Origin: SAR324 cluster bacterium SAR324-CTD7B
Lineage (GTDB): Bacteria > SAR324 > NAC60-12
Length of the DNA stretch: 64,000 nt
Direction of reading: 5' to 3'
NCBI GenBank assembly: GCA_002082305.1
Contig: LSNO01000003.1
Coordinates: 147 to 64,146, forward strand
In this document: positions 17,694 through 27,031 of the stretch, piece by piece
Layout: each line of letters opens with the position of its first letter
How positions within the stretch are numbered: position 1 is the stretch's first letter
Program-made: the position numbers and the translations under genes
Notes under the pieces: generated by a model
What the model was told of the DNA's origin: nothing
The model's input: the letters and a program-made list of their open reading frames with translations, nothing else
The model's database searches: none

Positions 17694-20078
17694 ATGAAAA
17701 GACTTGCCCAGTTTATCAAATGGTCATTCAGGATAGTAATAATTACAGGAATTATTTCTGGAGCTTCTCTTGGGGTTTTTCTGTTTGAACTCAGTAAAAC
17801 TTTGCCACAAAATCTTGGAGATGAACTCCACAAAAGAAATGACGTATTACCTACTGTCCTCTATGACCGTGAGGGTAATCAGATTGAAGAACTTTTCATT
17901 CAACGGCGCATAGTCATACCCTATGAACAGTTTCCTCCACACCTGATTCAGGCTCTGGTTGCCAGTGAAGATGCCCGTTTTTTCTCTCATCTTGGAATTG
18001 ATCTACTGAGAATTCCCAAAGCCTTCCTTGCCAATCTACAAGCTGGCAGAATTGTTCAAGGTGCCAGCACTCTCACCCAGCAAACTGCCAGACTGTTTCT
18101 GTTAAGCAGGGAAAAACAGATTATTCGAAAACTCCGGGAAATGTTGCTTGCGTTCCGGATGGAAATGCAATTTTCGAAACAGGACATTCTGTCCCTCTAT
18201 CTTAATAAAGTTTATCTTGGAAATGCGGAAGGGGTTGAGGCGGCAGCGCAGGGTTATTTTGGCAAACATGCTTCAGAACTAAATCTCGCAGAAAGTGCTT
18301 TGCTGGTTGGAATACTTCCTGCGCCTTCTCGTTATGCACCTCACGTTAATCCCAATTTTGCCCTGCAGCGGAGAAATGTGGTTTTGCAAAGAATGCATCA
18401 GGAAGGGTTCATCTCGGAGCAAGAATTGCAGAAAACAATTCATACGCCTATCAGCCTGATTCGTATTCATGATTCGACCACAGAGGCTACGTCCTACTAT
18501 GTCGAACATGTACGGCGTTATTTGATTAAAAAATACGGTTCAAAAGTGCTTTATCAGGGTGGTCTTAGAGTCTATTTAGCTATGGACTTGAACTATCAGA
18601 CACATGCTCATGAGGCCTTGAGGAAGGGGATTCTGGAGTTAACAAAACGGCAGGGATTTCGGGGTGCACTTAACGAGAATAGTCCTGATAACAGTAGCTT
18701 GACAGGCAACTCCACAGATGAAAATACATTAAAAATTGATTCGCTGTTTCTCGGAAACATTGTCGCTGGCGTGGTCAAAGAAGTCAGTAAGGAAAATGTT
18801 TCAGTAGAACTGGGAGAATCGTACGGAATTCTGGAATGGAGCAATATCAGCACATGGAAAAATGGTAACATTCTTAAAGATAAAACACCTATCAAGATTT
18901 CCAATCCGGCAGAAATATTTTCTGTTGGTGATGAAGTACAGGTAAGACTTGCCGATTATGATTCAAAAAACAATTTTTTTCGTCTGCAGCTCTATCAGGA
19001 ACCCTTGGTAAACGGAGCCTTGTTGGCAATGAACCCAAAGAGCGGAGAGGTACTATCAATGACTGGTGGTTATCGTTACGGAGAGAGCGAGTTTAACCGG
19101 TCCATTCAAGCTTTGAGACAACCTGGATCATCGTTCAAACCAATCGTTTATTCTGCTGCCCTTGATGCCGGTTTTACACTCAGTAGTGCACTAATAGACA
19201 GTCCAAGAGCTTATGCAACCGGTGCAGAGACTGCTGGAGACGCGGAAATATGGACTCCGAAAAATTATGGCGATAAAGTCATGGGCAAGGTTTCATTGCG
19301 TACAGCTCTTGTCAAAAGTCTTAACTTGCCGACTATCGGACTTTGTGAAGAATTGAAACCGAAGCTAGTCATTGCTTATAGCAGGCGTTTTGGTATCACT
19401 GCAGAAATGATGGAAAATTTAACCACCTGTCTGGGATCGTTATCAGTCACTCTGCAGGAAATGATTAGTGCCTACGGTGTTTTCGCAAATCAGGGACGAT
19501 TGGTTAAACCAATCTATATTCTCAGGGTGGAAGATCAGGATGGGAATATTTTGGAATCAAGTGTATCAGAGTTAAAACAAGTCACCTCTGAGGAAACTGC
19601 TTTCCTGGTGAGTAATGTTTTGCAGGATGTCGTTCAGCGTGGAACAGGACGGCGCGCTAGAGCAATTGGCCGCCCTTCTGCAGGAAAAACCGGAACCACA
19701 AATGACAGCATTGATGCTTGGTACATCGGCTACATTCCGCAATTGCTGACAGGTGTTTATGTAGGATTTGACAAGCCAAGAAGAATGGGGAAATCAGAAA
19801 CTGGATCCCGGGCAGCAGCTCCAATCTGGATTAACTTTATGAAAAATGCAGTTGCAAATTTACCTACAGAACAATTTCGACAACCACCTGGAATCACAAC
19901 CGTTAAAATTCATAAATCCGGAAGGCGTGCAATACCCTGTGATAAAGCAAAAGATGTATACGAAGAACACTATAAATCCGGAACAGAGCCTGTCCTGGAT
20001 CTTTCGCAATCCGGAATGTGTGTTAAAGCAAAGGAAACTGAGAAAACTGAAAAAGAGGAAAGTGAGCCGGAGTTGTGA
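17694..20078 (+). CDS. mrcA: Penicillin-binding protein 1A (bifunctional glycosyltransferase/transpeptidase)
   Basis: GT51 motifs EDARFFSH and GASTLTQQ. Transpeptidase motifs SSFKP (SxxK), SLN (SxN) and KTGTT (KTG). N-terminal TM anchor. Confidence 0.93.
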   Translation: MKRLAQFIKWSFRIVIITGIISGASLGVFLFELSKTLPQNLGDELHKRNDVLPTVLYDREGNQIEELFIQRRIVIPYEQFPPHLIQALVASEDARFFSHLGIDLLRIPKAFLANLQAGRIVQGASTLTQQTARLFLLSREKQIIRKLREMLLAFRMEMQFSKQDILSLYLNKVYLGNAEGVEAAAQGYFGKHASELNLAESALLVGILPAPSRYAPHVNPNFALQRRNVVLQRMHQEGFISEQELQKTIHTPISLIRIHDSTTEATSYYVEHVRRYLIKKYGSKVLYQGGLRVYLAMDLNYQTHAHEALRKGILELTKRQGFRGALNENSPDNSSLTGNSTDENTLKIDSLFLGNIVAGVVKEVSKENVSVELGESYGILEWSNISTWKNGNILKDKTPIKISNPAEIFSVGDEVQVRLADYDSKNNFFRLQLYQEPLVNGALLAMNPKSGEVLSMTGGYRYGESEFNRSIQALRQPGSSFKPIVYSAALDAGFTLSSALIDSPRAYATGAETAGDAEIWTPKNYGDKVMGKVSLRTALVKSLNLPTIGLCEELKPKLVIAYSRRFGITAEMMENLTTCLGSLSVTLQEMISAYGVFANQGRLVKPIYILRVEDQDGNILESSVSELKQVTSEETAFLVSNVLQDVVQRGTGRRARAIGRPSAGKTGTTNDSIDAWYIGYIPQLLTGVYVGFDKPRRMGKSETGSRAAAPIWINFMKNAVANLPTEQFRQPPGITTVKIHKSGRRAIPCDKAKDVYEEHYKSGTEPVLDLSQSGMCVKAKETEKTEKEESEPEL

Positions 20079-20102
20079 GGATAATAATTTGAGGAAGTCC
20101 TA

Positions 20103-20141
20103 AAGGTTCAAGGCATTTACATTGTCAAAGCCTTGAACCTT
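20103..20141. terminator. Strong hairpin between convergent mrcA and hup (possible bidirectional terminator)
   Basis: aaggttcaaggc (20103-20114) and gccttgaacctt (20130-20141) form a perfect 12-bp stem with a 15-nt loop. No clear U-tract on either side. Confidence 0.45.
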
Positions 20142-20153
20142 GAGCTGATATTC

Positions 20154-20435
20154 TTAGTTCAAAGATTTTTTGAGCTTGCTTCCAGCTTTAAACTTTGCAC
20201 CTTTGGATGCCGGGATTTGTATTACCTGAGATGGATTTTGAGGATTGCGACCTACACGGGCTGCACGATGGGACACAGAAAATGTGCCGAATCCAATTAA
20301 CGTTAGTGAGTCTCCGCGCTGGAGAGTTTTTTGAACTGTTGCTGTAAAGGACTTCAGAAAACGATCTGCGTCGGCCTTTGTAAGGCCTGTATCTGCTGCT
20401 AGAGCATTAATAAGATCAGCTTTTGTCATTGTCAT
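20154..20435 (-). CDS. hup: HU/IHF-family DNA-binding protein
   Basis: MTKADLINALA...GFGTFSVSHRAARVGRNPQNPSQVIQIPASKGAKFKAGSKLK is the typical HU fold signature. Confidence 0.9.
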   Translation of the reverse strand: MTMTKADLINALAADTGLTKADADRFLKSFTATVQKTLQRGDSLTLIGFGTFSVSHRAARVGRNPQNPSQVIQIPASKGAKFKAGSKLKKSLN

Positions 20436-20603
20436 TCTCTCAGAAAAAGATTAGTCCGGATGTTTTTGTATAACAAGCCTCCACCTATTAAACACATCCT
20501 ATTAATAATATCCAATTCACACCATGCAAATTAGACTGTTTCGCAAACTATTTCAAACTATTTAGTTCTACGATAGTAAGAAAGCTACAAGCTTTCAATA
20601 AAC

Positions 20604-21899
20604 TTGTCAAGGATTTTTAAGAAAAAAATGAATTTTTTTCAAAAATTATACAAATTTGTTGTTTTCCCGGGTATTTCAGCAGGAATTCGTACCTCTGCGA
20701 GAAATCTCAACGGCATGGAAAAATTCTTTATTTTCCACGATCAGGGAACTTTTTCCTTTATTTTCGCAGCTTCAGTGTTGCTTCACATAGTGCTGGTAAT
20801 AATTACTATGGCAATTTCTGAGTTATGGGTACAGGAACTGCCACCCATTAGGGCGAAAATCGAGGTGCGTTTTGCAAAAATTCCTTCTGAGCCAGCTCCA
20901 ATTGAAAAACCTGAGCCGGTTCTAAAGAAAATAGAAAATGAGTGGCTGCCAAAGTTGAGCAATCTTGTCCCAAAAAAGCCTGTGCTGGAAAAACCTGTTC
21001 TAAAAGATACACTTAAAAAATCAACACTATCAAAACCTGAAATAACTCAACCTGAAGCTCCGCGTCTGAAAATGTCAGAACCGCAATTGGCTCCTTCAGT
21101 TCCAACCGCGAAACTAAACAAGATCTCGGCACCAAAGAAACCCTTACTACTTCCAGTGGACTCTCTGGAAAAATCTCCTCTAATTCCAAGTTTGCCAAAA
21201 CTAAGCAAAGATCCTGTGCCTCTTTCTCCTCTGAGGTCCAAAAAATCAAAACTTAATCCGAGTCAGTTGGTATTGCCAAAAATATCACTGGAAGACATTA
21301 CACCTAAAAAAATAAATGCACCCAAGATAATTAATACGCCTAAAAAGTTAAATAAACCTAAAATCAAAAATTCACAAAAATTTTCAAAACCATTAAATCT
21401 TCCTGTTCGGGAATTGCCGGAAACAATGCAGTCTGCTTTACAAAAAGTACCCTCAATTCCTCAAGTTCAACCTTCAGACAAACTTGGGACCAACCTTAGG
21501 GAAATATTTCCTGACAAAATAAAGTTCGATGAACCTCTTCCGGATTTGGGTATTCCTGAGCAAGCTGACGAGACGAAATTAAAAGAAATACCTGATACCG
21601 TCAATTTGCAGCGTAAAAAATTAGCACAACTGGCTGGAGAGGAATATAATCTGCACATTCGTACAAGGATTATCCCTAAACTCGGCAGTTATTCTTCAGA
21701 GTTGTACGTTCGCATCCGGCTCAAAATTATACCAACAGGTAAAATTATTGACTATGAAATCATTAAAAAAAGCGGATTTTCTGCTTTCGATAAAGCTGCA
21801 GAGCTTGCTGTACGGAACGCGCTTCTGGATCCTCTACCCAATGCTCTTGCAGAAAATCCTCCCTACATCGTTACAATTCGGATTGTTCCCCAAAATTAA
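20604..21899 (+). CDS. Second TolA/TonB-like protein (TM anchor, P/K-rich spacer, TonB_C/TolA-III-like C-terminal domain)
   Basis: TM segment FSFIFAASVLLHIVLVIITMAI. Long PK-rich spacer. C-terminus YVRIRLKIIPTGKIIDYEIIKKSGFSAFDKAAELAVRNALLDPLP. Start uncertain (TTG 20604, ATG 20628 or ATG 20715). Confidence 0.7.
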   Translation: MSRIFKKKMNFFQKLYKFVVFPGISAGIRTSARNLNGMEKFFIFHDQGTFSFIFAASVLLHIVLVIITMAISELWVQELPPIRAKIEVRFAKIPSEPAPIEKPEPVLKKIENEWLPKLSNLVPKKPVLEKPVLKDTLKKSTLSKPEITQPEAPRLKMSEPQLAPSVPTAKLNKISAPKKPLLLPVDSLEKSPLIPSLPKLSKDPVPLSPLRSKKSKLNPSQLVLPKISLEDITPKKINAPKIINTPKKLNKPKIKNSQKFSKPLNLPVRELPETMQSALQKVPSIPQVQPSDKLGTNLREIFPDKIKFDEPLPDLGIPEQADETKLKEIPDTVNLQRKKLAQLAGEEYNLHIRTRIIPKLGSYSSELYVRIRLKIIPTGKIIDYEIIKKSGFSAFDKAAELAVRNALLDPLPNALAENPPYIVTIRIVPQN

Positions 21900-21921
21900 A
21901 AACAGAATGCAATCATAGCTC

Positions 21922-23283
21922 ATGCACTCAGTAATTTATATTTTTGCTCTTCGAAAATTTCGAATTTACTTCACTATTTTCTTCCTCTGTTTCAGCACTT
22001 TAGTTCAAGCCCAAACTTATTCCAGCGAGGAGATAGTTATCAGTGGACTGGGGTTTGCCAGGTTTAGTGTAGCTTTAGTTCCGGAAAAGAGTTTTACAGA
22101 TCATATGGATGCTAAACGCTGGCTGAGGATAATTGACCGAAACCTTTGTTGGAGTGGTGTGTTTCTGGTGACAGATTCACGATATAGGACTTGCCGGACT
22201 GCAGGTGGAAATCAGGTCGATATGAAAATCATGCTCAAGCTGAAAGGTACAGTTACAGACAACGGTGATCTGGTTCCAAAACATTTAATGCTGACGGTTG
22301 CAGATAATGATGGAGTGCCGCTGTTTCCCCTAGAATTGCCAATACGAAAAAATCGATTTCGGGAAGCTGAATTAATGGATTTGATTAACGAAATGTCGGT
22401 ACAACTCACAGGGCTTAAGGGTATTCTGGGAAGCACGATCGCATTTACACTTAAACAACCTAAACGTCGAAAAATTATTGCAAGAATTAATACACACGGG
22501 AAAAAGTTGGCGGCTGTTTCGAGGAACAAGTATATCAACTTATTGCCAAGTTGGAGTCCGAAAGGCGATGCCATTGTTTACACGACACTAAGTCGACGCG
22601 GCACTGCAATTATGTTTAACGATTGTCTAAAGGTTGTCGGCTGCAAATATCGTCCTGTAAAACTGCTGAGCTCAAATATTTCTGCTGCACGTATTTCAAA
22701 AAATTTTCTCAGTGTCAGCGGTGGGACATGGTTTTCAAATGGACATAAGCTGATTGTGACTCTCAGCCGTAAAGGCAATTCTGATTTGTACGAATTTGAC
22801 AGGCTGAAGAGAAAAGTAATACGGCTGACTACTCACCGGGCAATTGATACAGTACCAGATTTGTCGCCGGATAATCAGCACTTAATTTTCGTTTCAGACC
22901 GCTCTGGACACGAACAAATTTATTATTTGAAGTTGGGCACAAAAATTCCCTTTCAACTTACATTTGGTCGAGGCAGCAGCAGCGACCCGGTTTGGTCTCC
23001 GGATGGTACTCTTATCGCTTTTTCTAAAATCAGCTCAGGACACAGCCAAATTCATTTGATGGATCCATTTACAGGGGAAGATAACTTTCTAACAAGAGGC
23101 CGTTTCAATTCAGAGCAACCTTCCTGGTCTCCGGATGGACGGCAAATCGCTTTTGTTTCTTCTTCAACAGGATTTGATAAATTATACATTATGTTTATTG
23201 ATGGGACGGGCAGGCGACGTTTGACACGTACGCCGAGAGATTTTGAAGAGGGTGGTCCCAGTTGGACAGCAAGGAAGTTTTGA
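21922..23283 (+). CDS. Second TolB-like beta-propeller protein
   Basis: Signal-like N-terminus and propeller motifs (SWSPKGDAIVY, LSPDNQHLIFVSDRSG, VWSPDGTLIAF, SWSPDGRQIAFVS). Paralogous to tolB at 929..2206. Confidence 0.8.
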   Translation: MHSVIYIFALRKFRIYFTIFFLCFSTLVQAQTYSSEEIVISGLGFARFSVALVPEKSFTDHMDAKRWLRIIDRNLCWSGVFLVTDSRYRTCRTAGGNQVDMKIMLKLKGTVTDNGDLVPKHLMLTVADNDGVPLFPLELPIRKNRFREAELMDLINEMSVQLTGLKGILGSTIAFTLKQPKRRKIIARINTHGKKLAAVSRNKYINLLPSWSPKGDAIVYTTLSRRGTAIMFNDCLKVVGCKYRPVKLLSSNISAARISKNFLSVSGGTWFSNGHKLIVTLSRKGNSDLYEFDRLKRKVIRLTTHRAIDTVPDLSPDNQHLIFVSDRSGHEQIYYLKLGTKIPFQLTFGRGSSSDPVWSPDGTLIAFSKISSGHSQIHLMDPFTGEDNFLTRGRFNSEQPSWSPDGRQIAFVSSSTGFDKLYIMFIDGTGRRRLTRTPRDFEEGGPSWTARKF

Positions 23284-23591
23284 TGCAATTTGAAGATTGG
23301 CAAACTGCACCAGATCCCAAAGTTATCCGGAAAGAAAAGCAGAAAGCCAGGGAACTTCGGAAATCGCAGTGGTGGAAAAACCGCAGAGCCTGCAACAGTT
23401 GTTATTACTGTGAAAGCCCTACGCCAGCAAAAAAATTGACCATGGATCATGTGGTGCCCTTGGCACGCGGCGGAAGGAGTATAAAATCTAATTTAGTGCC
23501 CTGTTGCAAGTCTTGTAATAATCAGAAAAAGAATTTATTACCAATAGAGTGGAAAGAATATTTAGCAATTATTGGTAAAAAAAAGGAGTAA
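23283..23591 (+). CDS. Small HNH endonuclease-family protein
   Basis: CNSC...DHVVPLARGG...N...CCKSCN is an HNH (beta-beta-alpha-Me) motif with two CxxC pairs. The ATG at 23283 overlaps the tolB-like stop (TGATG). The ORF track offers an upstream start at 23262. Confidence 0.8.
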   Translation: MQFEDWQTAPDPKVIRKEKQKARELRKSQWWKNRRACNSCYYCESPTPAKKLTMDHVVPLARGGRSIKSNLVPCCKSCNNQKKNLLPIEWKEYLAIIGKKKE

Positions 23592-23750
23592 TTTTTTTTG
23601 AAAAAAATATTTTTTCTTAACACCTGTATTTCTTGCCTTTTTTGTTTTTCACCTCCCTTTTTGAATTTTTTCATTTATTTTTAACTTTACAAAAGCAGTT
23701 TTTTTTGTTAGCATTGCCTTCACATTGTGTTTGGTTGTATTTAAAGAGAA

Positions 23751-24155
23751 TTGAAATCAAACAAAGATGTTGAGCAAACAAACGATGAACTTGTGAACAG
23801 ACAATTTTTTAGTTTATTGACAAATAAATATCAGGATCAGGGTAAGATGAAAAATAAATTTAATCGACAGGGCAACCGATTTGGATCTCGTGAGAAGAGC
23901 AAGGCAAAAGGCGGTGCAAACTCTTCCAAAGGTCATCCCACCAGCAAAGAAATTGAGCTTGCTACGCAGGCTTATCTCTCAGAAGGAGGAAAAATTGATC
24001 GGGTCGCACTGAATCACGGTAACGCCGAGAAAGAGGTGTTCAGGGCAAACTTGGAACCTGATTCTCGTTTGGGGATGGGAACTTTGGTGGATGATTCTTG
24101 GGACTGCTGGGAAAACAAGGATTACGATTCAAACCCCACTGGTTCAGGAATATAA
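23751..24155 (+). CDS. Hypothetical protein (basic N-terminus), unknown function
   Basis: ORF with coding-like composition. A more likely start is the ATG at 23847 (MKNKFNRQGNRFGSREK...). No domain recognised. Confidence 0.5.
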   Translation: MKSNKDVEQTNDELVNRQFFSLLTNKYQDQGKMKNKFNRQGNRFGSREKSKAKGGANSSKGHPTSKEIELATQAYLSEGGKIDRVALNHGNAEKEVFRANLEPDSRLGMGTLVDDSWDCWENKDYDSNPTGSGI

Positions 24156-24611
24156 TTGTTGCGTTGCTTGCTGCATGAGAATTGACAAATTTTCAGCCAC
24201 GTAGACCTTCTTCCTGAAAACATTAACTTCAACTGAGTCCCGCGCAGGTATTAGCGTTCGGTAGTGGTTAATTTGCAGAAATGTGATGATTTAATTCAGG
24301 TCCACTGAAGGTCTGAGAAGTTCTCAGTGCATCTTTTCTTTTCAAAAATCAAAAAAGAACAATTGGGGCTTGTAATATCAGTATCCATGCGCTACACTTC
24401 CACTTCATGTTTCATGGAAAAGAGGTTTCTTTTCTAAATTCTAACATTGAGGTACACGTAAAAAGTCGAAACTTATAAAAGCTTGAGGCCAGAGTCGCAG
24501 AAGTCATAGAAAAATTATTAAATCAATTCTCTGTGTTTTCCAAAACTCTGCGTTGAGTCCAGTATTTTGCTGTCTTAGATTTTTTACGAGATCATTATTT
24601 AAGCTTGGAGA

Positions 24612-25034
24612 ATGCAAATGCGAAAAATGTTTTTTTTGATCGTGACCGTATCAATCTTGATACCATTGTCAGCCCCTGCATCCACAGAACAACTTGGTAT
24701 AGGAGTCTTCGATTATATTATTTCCCGAACTGATTTCAATGTTGAAACCTGTGAGGCCTACAGTTGTAACTATGTCTCCACTGACAAAACAATTAAAATG
24801 GAGTTGAGGCGTGCAAACTTAGCGGAGCATAATGGCAAAGATCTAAATTTCCTGCTAGATATTGACTTTGACAGTAAATTATTTAAATCTGGTTTGCTTG
24901 TTCGGTATTACAACGACAAAGACCTGATACGTGTATTTATCAAGAGATCATCTATAACAATTGAAGCTACAAGAAGGGATGAAATTACAACTCTACAGAG
25001 TTGGCTTAAAAATGTTTTGAGTCTTGTAAAATAA
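24612..25034 (+). CDS. Hypothetical secreted protein
   Basis: Signal peptide (MRKMFFLIVTVSILIPLSAPAST). No domain recognised. Confidence 0.55.
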   Translation: MQMRKMFFLIVTVSILIPLSAPASTEQLGIGVFDYIISRTDFNVETCEAYSCNYVSTDKTIKMELRRANLAEHNGKDLNFLLDIDFDSKLFKSGLLVRYYNDKDLIRVFIKRSSITIEATRRDEITTLQSWLKNVLSLVK

Positions 25035-25088
25035 TCTCTATGCCATCCATTTTTCCTAAAAAATATCTGTCGAATAAATATTTCATGT

Positions 25089-25121
25089 TTGGGTCAGATT
25101 AGTATTTATTTTCTGACCCAA
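25089..25121 (+). terminator. Hairpin downstream of 24612..25034 (weak terminator candidate)
   Basis: ttgggtcaga (25089-25098) and tctgacccaa (25112-25121) form a 10-bp stem. There is no U-tract after it. Confidence 0.3.
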
Positions 25122-25173
25122 GTCTCGTTTCTCATCCCTCGTTATTTTTCAATCATATTTCATAGTTATTTTC

Positions 25174-25776
25174 ATGGATATTCTGTCCACAGGCCTAACT
25201 TTGCTTCTCATCATGGATCCTCTGGGAAACATTCCCTTGTTCCTCTCCGTCTTAAAAACAGTCGATGATGAATCTCGCAAGCGTCAAATATTAATCCGCG
25301 AGTTATGTTTTGCTTTGCTTGTGCTATTGATATTTTTGTTTGTCGGTCAATATCTTTTACTATGGTTGAATCTGAGGCAGGAAGCTGTGAGCATAGCTGG
25401 TGGAATAGTGCTCTTTTTGATTTCTCTGCGAATGATATTCCCCACCGAAAAGGGTATAATGGGTGAAATGCCTGCAGGGGAGCCGTTTTTTGTTCCGCTT
25501 GCGGTTCCTTTGCTGGCAGGACCCTCAACATTGGCGATGCTTATTTTACTTGCCAGATCTCAACCAGACCGAATCTTTGAATGGTTGATTGCGGTTTTAG
25601 GGGCATGGGTTGTTACAAGTCTGATTATGCTTTCCTCAACCAAACTCCACAAACTCCTTGGTGTAAGGGGACTCATTGCAGTGGAAAGGCTGATGGGAAT
25701 GGTTTTAGTGGCAATTTCTGTGCAGATGCTGTTGGACGGAATCACTACATACCTAAGCGTTATTCCATCACTTTGA
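25174..25776 (+). CDS. marC: MarC-family integral membrane protein
   Basis: About 200 aa with six hydrophobic segments. The N-terminus LLLIMDPLGNIPLFLSVL is typical of the MarC/UPF0056 family. Confidence 0.8.
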   Translation: MDILSTGLTLLLIMDPLGNIPLFLSVLKTVDDESRKRQILIRELCFALLVLLIFLFVGQYLLLWLNLRQEAVSIAGGIVLFLISLRMIFPTEKGIMGEMPAGEPFFVPLAVPLLAGPSTLAMLILLARSQPDRIFEWLIAVLGAWVVTSLIMLSSTKLHKLLGVRGLIAVERLMGMVLVAISVQMLLDGITTYLSVIPSL

Positions 25777-26017
25777 TTTGTGCCTCATTAGACATTTTCT
25801 TTCCTTGAAATGACTTCTTCTCTCTCCTCAAATTTCATTCCACCTCTGTTAATATTTTCTCAACATCCCCTCTGTTTTTTGCTGCTGAGCCAACTGGCAC
25901 AGTTTTTGTTGTGTTTAGGGAAGAGCCTTAGTTCAGTCGATTTAGACTAAAGGTTCAGTAATTCAGGTGAGAACCATCCTGAATTATGAAAAATACAACA
26001 TACTAATCGCAAAAACA

Positions 26018-27025
26018 ATGCCGTTTAAATATTTACTAATTGCAACTTTTGGTGCGCTGCTTTTTATCAACTACAGTGGTACAGCAGCAACTACGGCTGC
26101 AGACTTATCACAAAAAAAAGCAGAATTTCTGCCGCTGGCATCATTTTTATATGCTAATCGTGATCCAATGCGTGTTGGCTGGTATAACACGTCCAGTATG
26201 CCGTTGGAAAAAGACTTTAAAACAGATGCAAAAAGGCCCGTTGGTTCATTTTTTGTGCAGCTCAAGCCCCGAAAAAATGAAGGGGAATATCAGCTTGCAC
26301 TTCGGGTTTTAAGAGACGGCTCCCATCAGTTTTTACTTATACGGGAATTTACTAACGGCAACACTTTAAATCATAAACGCTATTTAACAATTCCATTTAA
26401 GTTACTGATTGGTGCAATTCAGGGGGAGGCTTTACGTTCTCTTTTTCCGAACGATCATGTTGAATTCGGAGGTTGGCGGCATCAGGTTACTTATGTCTGG
26501 GAGACTCCGGAATTACTAATGAAATCTTTTACCAGGTCCGGAACACAGACCATACTGCAGAAAGATTTCATGCAAGGTGAGGAATATACCATTCCATGGA
26601 AAAATTTACGTTCTGATCTAGAACTGGAACCGTTAGCCGTGCGTGATCCGCTTTTCATCAGAAAAGACAAGTCTGGTCTGCGCTATGCTTTTTATCGAAT
26701 TCAACCTGGAGATACGCTTTATTCCTCAGTAGTAATCCGTTTTATTGGAAATATAAAGCATGCTGCACGCAGTCAAAATGCCAGTGATTTATTGGTTTTG
26801 AACGGACTTGTGGACGCACACCAACTTTCACCGGGCCAATTGATAAAAATTCCCCTGGAGTGGATCCGTCCGGAATATTTGCACCAAGTGCCGAGTATTT
26901 ACCGTATTTCCGAGAAAACAACTAGTACAGAAAAAGTGAGTCCACCTGAACACCAGCCATCAATCGAAAACGGGCGACATAAAACCGGGAGCTATTACCG
27001 GACACAGATCATCAGCCAACGCTAG
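26018..27025 (+). CDS. Secreted LysM-domain protein (paralogue of the N-terminal module of the next gene)
   Basis: The ATG at 26018 gives a signal peptide (MPFKYLLIATFGALLFINYSGTAA). LysM: YRIQPGDTLYSSVVIRF...LVLNGLVDAHQLSPGQLIKIP. Alignable along its length with 27032..28870. Confidence 0.7.
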   Translation: MPFKYLLIATFGALLFINYSGTAATTAADLSQKKAEFLPLASFLYANRDPMRVGWYNTSSMPLEKDFKTDAKRPVGSFFVQLKPRKNEGEYQLALRVLRDGSHQFLLIREFTNGNTLNHKRYLTIPFKLLIGAIQGEALRSLFPNDHVEFGGWRHQVTYVWETPELLMKSFTRSGTQTILQKDFMQGEEYTIPWKNLRSDLELEPLAVRDPLFIRKDKSGLRYAFYRIQPGDTLYSSVVIRFIGNIKHAARSQNASDLLVLNGLVDAHQLSPGQLIKIPLEWIRPEYLHQVPSIYRISEKTTSTEKVSPPEHQPSIENGRHKTGSYYRTQIISQR

Positions 27026-27031
27026 AATATT

